Source of the DNA: Octopus vulgaris
Taxonomy: Eukaryota
Length of the DNA stretch: 64,000 nucleotides
Assembly: GCA_951406725.2 (NCBI GenBank)
Contig: OX597816.1
Span: 114,390,001-114,454,000 of the forward strand
Direction of reading: 5' to 3'
The notes beneath the pieces are model-generated. The model ran no database searches. It worked only from the letters and a program-made list of their open reading frames with translations, and was not told the origin of the DNA. A program made the position numbers and the translations under genes. Positions 39,509 through 53,137 of this stretch are shown here, piece after piece. Numbering within the stretch: the stretch's first letter is position 1; each line of letters starts with the position of its first letter.

Positions 39509-41068
39509 TATATATAAATATATCGTCATCGTTTAATGTCCACCTTCCATGTTGGCATGGGTGGAAGTATATATATATATATATATATATATATCTAGGG
39601 AGAGAGAGAGAGGTAGAAATATATATATATATATATATATATATATGGATGTGTACATTACATATATATATCTATGTGTACTGTGTGTGTTTATATTTAT
39701 ATAACTATACATTTGGACATTGTTATATTTGTGTGTGTGTCTATATGCATATACATAAATGTGTATTTCCATATATGTAAGAACGTAAGTATTTACATAC
39801 ATCTTGATTCAAGGTGTGATTATTAGAGGGAGAGAGGGGTGCATCAGGTTCTTGTTTGGTATTCCTTGAAATTATTTCCAGCATTGTAAACTGGAAGGGA
39901 CACCATGGAAAGAAGTACCTTGTTGAAGGGTAACGAAAGCACCACCTCATTCAGAAATCAAACCTACAACCTTACCACCCTGAGCCAAACTCTGTTACCA
40001 GTAGGCTACATCATGATAGTTGAACCAGCAGTCAGTTGACTAAATCTAAATTATTATAGGTACTTTTTGCTTGACTTTGTCATCTAGCACTTGCATCCCA
40101 GCTGCATGAAAATGCAATCTGCACAAAAATCAAGACGCATGCATTTCACTGCCTGACTGCCTGCTGCTCCTCCATGAATGGCAACCACACTTTCAAAATC
40201 GGTAGATCATGCATGATCCTGCACGTTACTTCAGTGAAGCAGCTCAGAAAACGAGCAAAGCTACTGTAGAGATGTTTTAAAACAAAACATTTTTATGCCC
40301 ATCCAGTTCACCCCCACATACAATTTGATAGTTTTAATTAATATTTAATTCAATTAACTGCCCCACCACCAACACCACAAACTCCGTCGCCACCACAACT
40401 ACCTTGCTTGTAGCCATAATTGGAATACACAGTTCAATTATCCTGGGATGCCTTAAGTATATGCTTCCGTTATAGTAGTGATAGCTAGGGTGGCGGTAGA
40501 AGCAGCCGAAGAAGAAGGGCTTTCATGCTATAGAGATAAAATGCGAATCATTCACTATTCAATTGGTGTAACATAAACTAAAATTATTAAGATGACACCC
40601 AACCACCCCATCTGGCTGTTTATACCTCCGTCACTGTGAACAGCCACAAATCTGCTCTCCACCATCAACCAATTAAGGGATGGAAAATTCAATGTTTCCA
40701 GCAAGGTTATTTAAAAATGAATTGACACAAGGAACAAAAATTTAAAAAGAAAACATAAAAAGAAAATTATTAACACAAACACACACACATACATATATAT
40801 ATACAAACACACAAACATATATATATATTCACGCACACACACACACATACAGATGTTATAAAGATAAAATAAAGGAATAACCATTTTTCCTTTTTACTTT
40901 TTTTTATGAAGTGAATTTCAAGAACTGGAGAAACAGGTGCAAGGAATTGGACCATAAAAAAGAACATGCACCAAAATATAATTAAATAAAGGAATAAATA
41001 AATAAAAGGGGAGTAAATAACACCAGTAATAATAATGATGACGATAATAATAGCAACGAACAGGAAGA

Positions 41069-41109
<41 letters not shown>

Positions 41110-41308
41110 TAATGATAATAACATTAATAATAACAATGATAATAATAACAATAATAATAACAATAATAACAATAATAATAATAATAATAATAATAACAAT
41201 AATGGTAATAACATTAATAATAACAATAATAACAATAATAATAATAACAATAATAATAATAATAATAATGATAATAATAATAATAACAATAATAATGATG
41301 ATGATGAT
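41069..41308. repeat. Long compound (AAT)n/(AAC)/(GAT) trinucleotide tract
   Basis: Direct reading; source of the poly-L/poly-I ORFs. Confidence 0.9.
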
Positions 41309-41947
41309 TCCCAAAAAAATCTGCGAAAAAAGATAGTATCCCAAAAGAGCTCAATGTCAACTCTTCAAATCCTTAAATTAACAACCATGGGCCTTTCCAC
41401 CCTACACCTCCAATATCACGGTGTGTTTTGGGTTTTTTTCCCCCTCTTTTATTTTCCCTTTTATTTTTTAATGCAAAGGTCCCCAGCTGCTCTGTTTTCA
41501 TCTGGTACTTGATACAATTGTTACATGGCAAAAAAAAATGAAAAGAAAAAAAGAACATATGCTTCTGTGTGTGTGTGTGTGTGTGTAAAAAGAGCAATGA
41601 AAAGCAACTATTAAATTCAATTTCTGTTTCATTCATTTCCTTTATTAAATCTCGCATCATTTGGCAATAAGCACTTATCAGTTGTCTCCCTCCACTCCAT
41701 CTCCCACCTTATAGTCTTGTGTCTTAGAGTTCAATACCGAGCAACATACAACAACAAAAAAAAAAAGAAAAACAAAAAACACATAATGCATGTTTTTCTG
41801 TTATTCATTCTTAAACAGTTTCTGTCCTTCGTTTTCATGCTTTATTATTACTACTTACATTAACATGAGTTTTTTTTTTTTTATGAATATCTTTATAACC
41901 TTGCAGCAAATAAAGAAAATATATATGTGCCAGATTATTATTGTTAT

Positions 41948-42550
41948 AAAGGTAGCGAGCTGGCAGAACCATTAGCATGCTGGATGAAATACTTAGCAGT
42001 ATTTCGCCCATCGTTATGTTCTGAGTTGAAATTCTGCCTAGGTTATCTTTGCCTTTCATCATTTTGGGGTCGATAAATTAAGTACCTGTGAAGTACTGGA
42101 GTTGATGTGATCAACTGTTCTCCACCCCACAAAATCCAGGCTGTGTGCCTATAGTAAAAAGGGTTATTATCATGGTTGTGAAGGCGGTGAGCTGGCAGAA
42201 TCATTAGCACACTGGACGAAATACTTAGCAGTATTTCACCCTTCACTACATTCTGAGTTCAAATTCCATCAAGGTCAACTTCGCCTTTCATCCTTTCAGG
42301 GTTGATAAATTAAGTACCAGTTGAACACTGGGGTTGATGTAATCAACTCATCCCTACCTCCCACAAGCTGCCCTTGTGACAAAAATTTGAAATTATTATT
42401 GTTATTATTATTAAGGCAGCGAGCTGGCAGAATTGTTAGCATGCTGAATGAAATGCTTAGCAATATTTTGCCTGCTGCTGTGTTCTGAGTTCAAATTTCG
42501 TCAATGTCAACTTTGCCTTTCATCCATTCAGGATCGATAAATTAAGTACC
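41948..42550 (+). mobile_element. Head-to-tail array of three SINE family B copies
   Basis: aagg(t/c)(a/g)g(c/t)gagctggcagaa heads at about 41949, 42181 and 42413. Confidence 0.9.
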
Positions 42551-42846
42551 AGGGCCCACACAACAACAAAATAGCAAATTGGGTTCCACAATGTTTTAAA
42601 GGGCTCCTGGAAAATTTTTGCCTAAGATGTATGTATTGGTATTTATTGCAAGAAACAACCAAGTTTCTTTCTCTAACAGTTTCCATAGGTCAACCTACAC
42701 AAGTCAATGTTTGAAAAACAAAATAGGAATTTTAAAAAAGTTTCTATGAAACTAGTTTTTAAGCATCAAACGATTATGAGGGTCCACCAGAATAAAATAG
42801 TATTCAAAGGGGTCCATAGATAAAAAAAAATGGCTGAGAACCCCTA
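42550..42846. mobile_element. Partial hAT/Charlie-like MITE
   Basis: Right terminus ggctgagaacccct resembles the CAGGGGTTCTCAA-type TIR; repeated gggtcca subterminal motifs. Confidence 0.5.
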
Positions 42847-42849
42847 ATA

Positions 42850-43410
42850 GATTGACCCCAATGCTTTTTCTGTTTTGAAAGTTTTGTACTTATTCTTTCA
42901 GTCGCTTTTTGTCAAACCACTAAGTTTTGAGGGCGCAAATAAACCAACACTTGTTGTAAAGTGGTGGTAGAGGACAAACACAAAGACGTATACATAGATA
43001 TATCCATCCATCCACCTATCTATCTATATACAGTAATACTTTGGCTAACGCAGGTGTTACGTTCCAAAACACCCAATGTTAGGTGAAAATCCGTGACGTA
43101 GAAACAGTACTGTACTGTATATTTTTAAAATTATTTTTATAATTTGTATATATTTATTTTGTTATAAATGCAAAACAACACCACAGAGGAATTGATGTAA
43201 GCTTAAATAATAAACCACGATAGGTGAACCGTGATAGGCGAACCGCGATAGGGTGAGGGATTACTGTATACACGATGCATTTCTTTCAGCTTCTATCTAC
43301 CAAATTCACTGGCATGGCTTTGGTCAGCCCAAGCCTTGTGGAAGCACTTGCCCAAGATGTCACACAGTAGGACTGAACCCAGAATCTTGCATTTGAGAAG
43401 CAAACTTCTT
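42850..43410 (-). mobile_element. Degenerate SINE family A interrupted by a MITE
   Basis: 3' half at 42850-43020 and 5' half at 43270-43410 (cacttgcccaagatg...gggactgaaccc). Confidence 0.7.
43031..43266. mobile_element. Tc1/pogo (Tigger-like) MITE with TA TSD
   Basis: TA|CAGTAATAC ... GGGATTACTG|TA; three subterminal gatagg(t/c)gaaccg-type repeats. Confidence 0.8.
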
Positions 43411-43859
43411 TATAAAGTCTTTAGTTTAATAACTAAAACAGTCAATACATTGTGTCTTTGAGCAAAGCACTTCATTTCACATTGTTCTGCAGCCTACTCA
43501 GCTGAAAATGAGTATCATCTGTGTCCTGGTGCAGCTCTCTCTCTCTCTCTGTCCTTTCAGCTGTTGCATCTTTAATGTGCTAATGTTGTCATGGATGAGT
43601 GAAAGAGAAAGTTTTCTATGCTGGTTTGCAAAATACATAAGCATCTAAAACATTTAACCAAAGTATGGTACATGTTACAAAGTCATACTCACACAAAAAT
43701 GACAGCTGGATGTATTTATTAGCGTGGAGAAATCAAAAACAAAATTAACTCTTACAAGGTGTGAACTCAAAACAAGGAGGCGTCAGACTACAGTGATTGT
43801 AATGCAATCAGAGGGACTTACTACTTTTGTTACCATATAATAAAGATTTATTACAGCGT

Positions 43860-44222
43860 TTGTCTTATATTTATTTCAGTCATTAGACCGTGACCATGGT
43901 GGGGCGCTGCATTAGGGTTTAATTAAACAAGTTTCCCCCAGTAATTTCTTTTTGCAAAGTCTGGTACATATTCTAACGGTTTCCTTGTGCTGAACTGCTA
44001 AGCTAGGAGAATGTAAATAAACCAACACTGGTTGTTAAGTGGTAGTGGAGGACAAGCACAAACAAACACACACACACACATACATGACAGGCTTCTTTCA
44101 GTTTCTGTCTACCAAATCTACTCGCAAAGTTTTAGTTGACCCATGGTTAACGCCACTCAGTGGGACTGAACCTAGAAGCATGAGGTTAGGAAGCAGAGTT
44201 CTTACCACATGGCCACACCTGA
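43860..44222 (-). mobile_element. SINE family A, degenerate
   Basis: tttcagtcattagaccg...ggcttctttcagtttctgtctaccaaatc...gtgggactgaacc. Confidence 0.75.
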
Positions 44223-45186
44223 AACACGAACCCACAATTTTTGTGGGAAATACAGCCTACTATATTTCCCCATGACTTTATTCCAGAAGGATAAAATGAT
44301 AAAGTCAACTCTGGCAATATTTTTACTCAGAATATAAGTCTGAGTTCAAATGCCATAAGGCATTTGCATTTATCTTGATAAATCTGCTGTACAATATCTT
44401 TCAAATAATAATGATTTTTTTTTACATCAGCCTGTGTTAAAAATTTTTTGTCGGCTTAGATGTGATTTTCATTCAGAAATAAAGGGATGTCACAAAAGCC
44501 AGAAGAATTACTGTGAGACATTTTATCCAATGCACTAACAATTCTGTGAATAATAATAATAATAATAATGTTTAAGTAATAAAACATACATAGAAACAGC
44601 AAAAGATAACACAATCATAAAATACAGTTCAGTTGAAAAAGTTAAAACTGCTGAGTAATGAAAATTCTTAAGGATAAAAGGCAAAGTCTACCTCAGGTAA
44701 GAATGCAAATGGATGTAATTAAATAGTCAAGTATTTAATCTGGTACTCTATAATACTAATAATGATTCTGAGTTGGGTCAAAAGCTAACCTCAGTACTTG
44801 ACTGGTATTTATTCAACCAACTCTAGAAAGATGAAATTAAAAGTCAAACCGAGTGGGATATGAAGCCAAAATGTAAAGAGAAATAACTAAATTTTGGAGA
44901 GCTTGCACCCAGCATGCTATTGAATGTGACCCATATATTAACATGATGAAATAAAAAAGATTTAAAGTATTCATATTATTCTTATCAGAAAACTATTTTG
45001 GTTCAATAGAATGAATGAATGTGAGTGAATGAAAGAGCCCAAATATGAAAGAAAATTTTCTTTCTGTGAATACTCATAAGAATAGTTATATTTTGAGAAG
45101 CATGACCGGAAGTAGATAAATATAAGAGTGGTTGGTTGATTCTCATTATTTATGCCTAAGTCAGCTCTTTGATTATCCCATCTTAC

Positions 45187-45373
45187 TTGAGGTAAAGTGT
45201 ATCATGAAGTACATTATCAAATGAGTCTTTCCTCCTTGTTAAGACAATGATTTGAAATTTGAGATAGATTTCATTATTATTTCTAGCAAATGGAATGACC
45301 ACCGTATAGAGTCCTCCTTCATTGACTTGAAGTTGTGGGTTCTGAGATAGGTTATCCACTTCACAGGGAAAAA
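45187..45373 (-). CDS. Candidate 187-nt coding exon of an unknown gene (FPCEVDNLSQNPQLQVNEGGLYTVVIPFARNNNEIYLKFQIIVLTRRKDSFDNVLHDTLYL)
   Basis: Acceptor ttgatctcag| and donor CAA|gtaaga; frame open throughout; non-repetitive, protein-like composition; homology not recognised. Confidence 0.35.
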
Positions 45374-45826
45374 CTGAGATCAATAACATGCAAATGAAAT
45401 AATACAGAAACATATGAAAGCAGTGGGTGAAATGAAAGATTGCAAGAAACAGGTTTTGGTCTATTAGTTGCTTTAAAGAATTTCCATGCATTTGTGTTTT
45501 CAAGGATAACATAGGTTTTATAAACCTGCATATATAGGTATTTGCTATGGATTATTTGAACAAGTCCTTATACACTTGAATAGAGTTTCTTAACACTAAC
45601 CACTGATCCTTGAAGTCAAAGTTGTATAGATTTTTCAGATAAATTAACTGAGGCAAGTAGATTAAAGAGCCTTATCAAAAAAACACAACAGCTTATAGTT
45701 AAAATCAACATCCATCCTATAGTTAAGTATTTGCCAGCATTCCTTCATGTATTCATGAGGAAGTTACATCCATCATGAAAATAATTGAGGTTATAAGTGT
45801 TAGCAACTCTAAATGGATAAATGGCA

Positions 45827-45885
<59 letters not shown>

Positions 45886-45910
45886 CTATATATATACACA
45901 TACATATATG

Positions 45911-46751
45911 CAGAGTATGATTGGGTAAATTGTTGCTATTTCTTATTTTTAATTTCGTGCATGCGCATTGTTTGTTTTTGCCTTTGTCGACTACATAGTA
46001 TAGTAGGGTCAGTTGGGCACTGTCTGTGAGGAAAACAGCACCATGACGCAATTCACTCTGCGAGGAATTTGGAAACGACATGCTGTACTGCTTGGCATTT
46101 GTGCTAGAAGCTCCAATACGAAGCGTCGGAAACTCCAATATGAACATGTACCGAGCATGATCAAAATTAAACATCCAGTCAACATCATGGTGTTTGGAGT
46201 GATCACTAATGATGGTGACGTTATGCCTCCATTAATCTTCCCACACAGTCTCACACTCAACACAGTGGCCTACATCAAGTGCCTGGAGGAGGTAGTGCTG
46301 CCTTGGCTCAAGAGGGTGGCAACATGACTCTGCACCATGCCACAAAAGCAGAAGAACCTAGTCATGGCTGTCAGACAATTTCTGCGACCACATCACCTCT
46401 AACATCTGGCCACCTAACTCCCTAGACTGCAACCCACTTGATTATTATATGTGGGGCACAGCTGAGTGAGAGATCAACAAAAGTCTAGGTAACATCAAAG
46501 GTCAACTGAAGGCAAGGATTATGGCAGCATTCACCAACTTAAACAAGGAGACCATCCAGAAGAGTTTCAGGAAATTCCGAAGTGGTCTGGAGGCCATAGT
46601 TGAAGCTAATGGCGATGTTATTGAATAAACTTACTCTTTAGTATTTCAAGATATTTTTACATAGTTTTGGTAAATATATCTGTTAAAATGAGATGTCAGT
46701 GTTATTCTCCTTTTTGCATAATTTAGACTACAGTTTATTCATTGCACCCTG
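45911..46751 (+). mobile_element. Internally deleted DD37D (maT/Bmmar1-like) Tc1/mariner transposon
   Basis: IMVFGVIT...QHDSAPCH...WPPNSLDCNPLDYYMW with exactly 37 residues between the second and third catalytic D; degenerate TIRs cagagtatg.../...gcaccctg|ta; stops and deletions. Confidence 0.85.
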
Positions 46752-46986
46752 TACATGTATGTACACATACATATATACATATATGAATCCCACCCTTGAC
46801 ACACACACATATGTATATGTAATCAAATGAATAATAACATACGATAGATAATTGTCAGCTCATTATGGCTGATTCTTATGTAACTTCTAATAGAAGAATA
46901 AGAACATTACATCATTATAAAAGACGGTAATCATCAGATGGGAAGTAATTTTACAAAACAAGAGAATATCCAGGAATACAGCATGC

Positions 46987-47034
<48 letters not shown>

Positions 47035-47275
47035 CACACACACACATATATATATGTATATATACACACACATATATATACTTATATACACATACGTATA
47101 TATGCATACATATATATGTACATATACATACATATATGTACATATACATAAATATACATACATATATATATGTACATAAATACATGTATCTGTATATATA
47201 TATAATATAAATGATATATAATATACATATATATATATGCATACACACATACACATACACAAACACACACATACA

Positions 47276-48686
47276 CAAGAATACCAAAAAGTAATGTTGC
47301 ATTTCATGTAATGAGTTTAAATCATCATAAAACATATTGTAAATATATCTATTCATTCAAAATATAATCGCTGTTGTGAGCAATAACATTTTCCTACTGC
47401 AAAACCAGTTTTCTGATTCCTCGGGCAAAAAAAAAAATCAGGTTCTTTAGAAGAGAAAAATATTTGGAGTGTCGTTTTTGACAATCGTCCTTGCTTTAGA
47501 ATATTTATCTGCAGGTAAATAAACATTATTATGTTGCAGGATGACTCCCTTCCTGTGAACAAGCGCTGATTGTGTTTTGAACAAAACTTGATTAACATGT
47601 TCAGGTTGTTGACAATAAAGTTCTGCTGTGATGCTTTTCCCTTATTCCAATAATTCAAAGTGAACAATACTTATTATATTCCATCAAATGTGCAAAAATA
47701 TCTTCTTTGGGTGTTGCTCTGGTTTGGGTATTGGAACAGGATTTCAAAATGACCTTGGCCACTGCTTTTAAGGTTTATTGTTGGAATAATCTTTCAATTA
47801 CTCATCACCTGCTACAATTTGTTTGTTTATGCTTGATTAGAAATTGTTACAAATTGTTAAACACTCCAGTTTAATATAGGAGGGCAGCTCATAAGGTACC
47901 TACCTCTTTTCTCTATAAAAAAAAATAAATAAATGCACTCTTTTAAAGTCAAGCCAGGCTCATGGGCCCGGTTTCCCGGTATCAATGGCATATGTGTTCC
48001 CCAGCTGGACGGGGTGCCAGTCCATTGCAGTGTTACTCATTTTTGCCAGCTGAGTGGACTGGAGCAACATGAAATGAAGTGTTTTCCTCAAGAACACAAC
48101 GTGTCACCCAGTCCAGGAATTGAAACCACAATCTTACGATCATGATGCTGACACTGTAACCACTAAGCCATGCACCTCCACCTTTTCTCTATACACTATC
48201 TCAATATTCTTCAGATGACCTTGCCCACTGGATGTTTATTTAGCTTCCAGGACAAAATCACCAATAGTTTGATGCTGGTCCTCTTCAATTGCTGTTTCCA
48301 TAACAATAAGTCTTTCTGATTTATGCCCATCCAATAGAACAAAATCACCACTTTTGAATTTTTAAACCACTTTTAGCATTCTAGAAACACTCATACCATT
48401 AGGATATATAGTACATATGTTTTACCTTGCACATGTTGCTTTGTGGTCTTGGCAAAATATGTAAAGAATGCAATGCTGAATATACAGATCACTGAAGTTC
48501 TGATCTTCCATGGGCTAATTGAAGAGAACATATAAACACACTGTGTCAACATTGATATTTGGTTATTGCCTTTATGTTGATTGGTTGGTTGGTCACAAGG
48601 GGAGCTTTTATTGGCTTGTAAACTATTTCCTGATATGATGTCAGACTAATTGCTTGAAAGTACAATATTACTCATTTGTATCTCAA
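47276..48686 (-). mobile_element. Decayed mariner transposon
   Basis: N-terminal IQHCILYIF...KFKSGDF, middle QSALVHRKGVILQHNN, C-terminal FFSSKEPDF...GIRKLV; degenerate TIRs ataccaaaaagtaatgttgc and (reverse complement) atacaaatgagtaatattgt. Confidence 0.75.
47925..48182 (-). mobile_element. tRNA-derived SINE family C inserted in the mariner
   Basis: Reverse complement: A-box tggcttagtggtt, B-box ggtttcaattcc, gcaatggactggcaccccgtccagctgggg domain and a (TTTA) tail. Confidence 0.85.
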
Positions 48687-48844
48687 TAGACACACACGCA
48701 CACATACAAATATATATATGAATACACATATATACTTACACACACACACACCTATATATATATATATATATATATATACATGTGTACTTACACATCTAGA
48801 CATGTGCACGTGCACACACACATATACCCATATATGTGTGCGTG

Positions 48845-49060
48845 TATGATGATCATCATCATTATCATTATCATTTATTCCTCATCTTTCATGTTGACAA
48901 GAGTTGGATAACTCAACAGGGTCCAATAAGGACTGTATTGAGCTCCAGTGTCTGCTTTGGTAGGATTTCAATGGCCGGATGCCTTTCTAATACCAACCCC
49001 TTTACAGATTGCATTAATTGCTTTATTTTTTTGTGACACTAGCATTAGTGGGGTCACTAA
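48845..49060 (-). mobile_element. Degenerate RTE 3' UTR copy
   Basis: (CAT)n followed by ggccggatgcctttctaataccaacc. Confidence 0.55.
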
Positions 49061-49789
49061 GAAATTTTGAAGACAAAGAAAAAGACTCCTTGATTGGCGA
49101 ACTTGTTGTAGAAAAGGAAATGGCTTTATTCCAGGTATGACAGAGAGACGGGCACAAGTGCTGTACAAGTGATACATGGCAACCCTACATTATATAACGA
49201 TGGGAGGGAGTAGCATCAATGAAAACAATGATGGTGGTGATATAGTGTCAACGCATACTCTAAAAATATAAAACAGTGAATACAATAAAGAATAAGAATG
49301 AGGACAAAAAATCAGAAAGGTTGGGTGGATATGTTCGAAAAGGTGAAAGCTAGGCCACCAATATGAAGGTGGGGTTAGACTATTCCATTGATTCCTGTAA
49401 TTAAAAGATAGCTATTTTATTGACCCTGAAAGAGGAAAGGCAAAGTTGCAAGTGAGAAGATTTGAACTCAGAATGTAATGAGCTGGAAGACTTGCTATTA
49501 AGCATTTTGTTTGATGAGCTACTGCCTTAATATATATATATATACATGTATATTTAGACTTACATACATACATATACATATGTACAAACACACACACACA
49601 CACACACACATTGATCAAATGATTGAATTATCCATTTACTTTGCTATTTATTTACCAAAATATGTGTCCATACATATATACGACTCAGACATGGCACAGG
49701 ATTTTGGGTTCATACACACATGCACACACACAGACACACACGCATCATTATCTCATCTTGATTATCACTTATTATCATTATTAAAATTT

Positions 49790-50045
49790 TTAATCCTCAT
49801 TTAGTGGATCCTTTTCAAGATGAGCCTCTAATTAATAAGCTAAAGAATCCGCTCGAGTAAACCATCTTTGAAACAGCCACAGACTAATTAAAAATTATTT
49901 GGTATTATTAGACTTGCAGAATTTAATCCTGCATTTCATTTATATTTCTATTAGTTTGATGCAAATTGGAATTAGCAATAGCATAATTAAGGTACTTAAT
50001 CTAATCCTATTGTAAGATTAAGTGTCAAGTAGAATCAAAGAATTA
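49790..50045. promoter_or_regulatory. Candidate enhancer: cluster of K50 homeodomain, TAATTA and octamer motifs
   Basis: TAATCC at 49791, 49924 and 50002; TAATCT at 49997; AGATTA at 50015; ATGCAAAT at 49959; several TAATTA. Confidence 0.3.
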
Positions 50046-50367
50046 AAAACGGTACTGCAAACATGGAGGTAACGGGACGGAAACTGTCAAATTGTTGTGG
50101 TAGGTTTTCAGAAAACTCGTATAAAAATATGCATTCATATAAACAAACACCTTCCTACTTGCACACCCACACAGACACACACAAACATACACACATGCCT
50201 ACACTCTCTCACAAACATTTACATATGTAACACATGCTTATAAAAACAAATGTAGATGTGGATGCGTATTTATATGAATATGTGAGGGATGCTCATGTGA
50301 ATGTGTGTGTGTAGAAAATTGTCTTTTATATAATGAATAAGAATGGATATATTTATCCAAATATATA

Positions 50368-50409
<42 letters not shown>

Positions 50410-50479
50410 AACTCCACCCACTATGTATAAGTATGCATATATATATATATATATATATAAATGTATCTCATGTGATTGC

Positions 50480-50700
50480 TGGTTACAATGCATTTTCACA
50501 TTGTTTTAGCCTTCAAATGACACCACCCCTCTGGCTGAGTGAGCAGGCCAACAATACCCTCTCATCGACAGGTAACTAAAACAATGTGAAATGAAGTGTT
50601 TTGCTCAAAAACACAACGTGCCACCCAGTCAGGGAATTGAACCCTTGATTTAGCGATCGTGAGTGCAACAGCCTAACCACTAGGTTAGGCTGTTGCATGA
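50480..50700 (-). mobile_element. SINE family C variant
   Basis: gtgaaatgaagtgttttgctcaaaaacacaacg...gggaattgaacc...ctaaccactagg. Confidence 0.7.
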
Positions 50701-50774
50701 GAGAGAGAGAGAGAGAGAGAGGGAAAAAGAGAGAGATAGGTACACAGAAAGACAGGCAAGGAGAGACAGGTACA

Positions 50775-51043
50775 CATCATCATCATTTAACGTCCGCTTT
50801 CCATGCTAGCATGGGTTGGACGATTTGACTGAGGTCTGGTGAACCAGTTGGCTGCACCAAACTCCAATCTGATCTGGCATAGTTTCTACAGCTGGATGCC
50901 CTTCCTAATGCCAACCACTTTGAGAGTGTAGCGGGTGCTTTTATGCGCCACCGGCATGAGGGCCAGTCAGGCGGTACTGGCAACAGTCACGCTCAAATGG
51001 TGATTTTTATATGCCACCTGCACAGGAGCCAGTCCAGCGGCAA
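50775..51043 (-). mobile_element. Young RTE 3' UTR copy
   Basis: catcatttaacgtccgctttccatgctagcatggg...cagctggatgcccttcctaatgccaaccac. Confidence 0.85.
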
Positions 51044-51694
51044 TGAATTAAGTGTGTATGAATACCTTGGCTGAGGGATACTTTTCAAAAGGAAGCTGGA
51101 TGGATTGCACCTGTAATACAAATGCACAGCTTTGTCACCTCCTCCTCATAGTGCAATCCTTCATGCACTAGCATGGAGCTGACACACCCTTCACTCCACG
51201 GAGCTTGTAGTACTGCAAGCTGCATAGTGACCTTAATAGTGCAGGTGGGATGAAAATAGCTCTGAGTTCATGCAGTAATGTGGTTGGCAGAGAAACCATG
51301 CCAAAATAGGCATTGGAGCATGATGCAGTCCTTGGACATATTGGATTCTGTCAAACCATTTGACTTATAACAACATGGAATACAAATATTAATGAGAATG
51401 AAGGTGATTTGTCACACCAACTGTATCCTGGAAATAAGGTACAGGTACGTGTGGCTGAGGACTACTCATGTACTAACAGGCTAATTAATGAGCAAGTAAC
51501 TCATTTGGTTCAAAAACAGCTGACACATTGATGAACTGAATGAATTATCCATTACTCTGCTATTTATTTAATTAACATGTGTCCATACATATGTACAACA
51601 CTGGCATGCTACAGGGTTTTGGGTTCAGTTTTACTGTGTGGCAAGTGACTACTATAGCTTCAGACCAACAAAAGTAAAACCATCTACATATATA

Positions 51695-52412
51695 TCGTCA
51701 TCATCATCATTATTTAACATCCATTGTCTATGCTGGGATGAGTTGGATGGTTTGACCAGGGCTGGCTAACTGGAAGACTGCACCAGACTCCAGTCTAGAC
51801 ACACACATACACACATATACAGCTTTTTCAGTTAGGATCATGCTTGTCGATGAGTTGACAGCCATCATATTTATCTTATACATATATATATCTTTGCTTC
51901 ATATATCATTATCCTCATCACCATCATCATTTAATGTCTATTTTTCCATGCTGCATGTGTTGGATGTTTTGACAGGATTTGATGAGCTGCAAGACTGTTG
52001 AGTTCCAGTGTCAGATTTAGTGTGTTTTCTATGGCTGGATGTCCTTCCTAATGCCAACCACTTTATGGAGTTTGCTGGGTGCTTTTTGTGTGTGTATGTA
52101 TGTATGCATATATGACTGGCTGCTTCCAGTTTGTCTACCACTTTCTGTCTCTCACCAGTCTACCAAGCTAGTTCTCAACTTGCAGCTATCATGTACATAC
52201 ATAAACACACACACATTTATATCCATAAACACACACACACACACACACATAATGGGTTTCTTTCAATTTCTGTCTACCAAATCTACTCATAAGGCTTTGG
52301 TTGCCCCAAGGATATGGTACAAAACATTAGCCCAACAGGCCATGCAGTGAGTCTGAACCCAGAACCTTGTGGTTGGGAAGCAAGCTTCTTACCACACAGA
52401 CATGCCTGCACC
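51695..52412 (-). mobile_element. Patch of RTE-tail fragments (51695-51800, 51905-52090) and a SINE A 5' half (52215-52412)
   Basis: Motifs shared with the copies above. Confidence 0.65.
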
Positions 52413-53137
52413 TACATCATGGAAAAAAAAAAACAGGAAAAAAAAAAAAGAATTGCAGAATATCTTATGATGAATGTTCTGAAATGTGGTTTGCCAGTGT
52501 ATCTTGTTGAATTTGAGATCAAAAGAAAAATATAGTTACCGAGAGGTTAAATATTATTTATTAAGACCAACATCAGCAGCAGTAGTAAGAACAAAATGCA
52601 TTTCAAAGATGTTTTCTATATTTTCTACCCTCTGCAATGTGTAGAAGTATCTTTCATTACATGGCACCGACCTTACCATATTACTGATTATTTATTGTGA
52701 CAGACAAGAGCATGAAAAATAAATATAATAAAACAGTCAACCAGCACTCTATTATTAATCATAATAACCCAAATCATTGTATTAAGATTTTGTCATCTTT
52801 GCACCGAGTCAGAAATTTTTTGGTAATCAGGTTCATTTAATTCAGTTGACATCAGTACGTCTATCCTTCCCACCCAACAAAAGATAAAGATAAGCCCAAC
52901 ATTTGTAGAATTCTACATGCAATAATAGAAATAGTGATTTTTTTTCTCTCTTTTAACATAGATATAATAACACTTTAGACATAGGAGTAAGTAAAGTTAT
53001 GCAATTGTGGTGTTGATACAGATTCTCTTCTGATGGAAATACAGTAATAAAAAAGAATTATAATTAAAACCAAAAACTTTTATGAGTCAGAATATGATAG
53101 ATAAATAGTTACATAGATAGTTAGATAGATAGATAGA

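Noticed and set aside
40918-41344. Poly-Leu/poly-Ile ORFs resembling membrane proteins (also 6140-6397, 55404-55812)
   Set aside because: (AAT)n/(TTA)n tracts.
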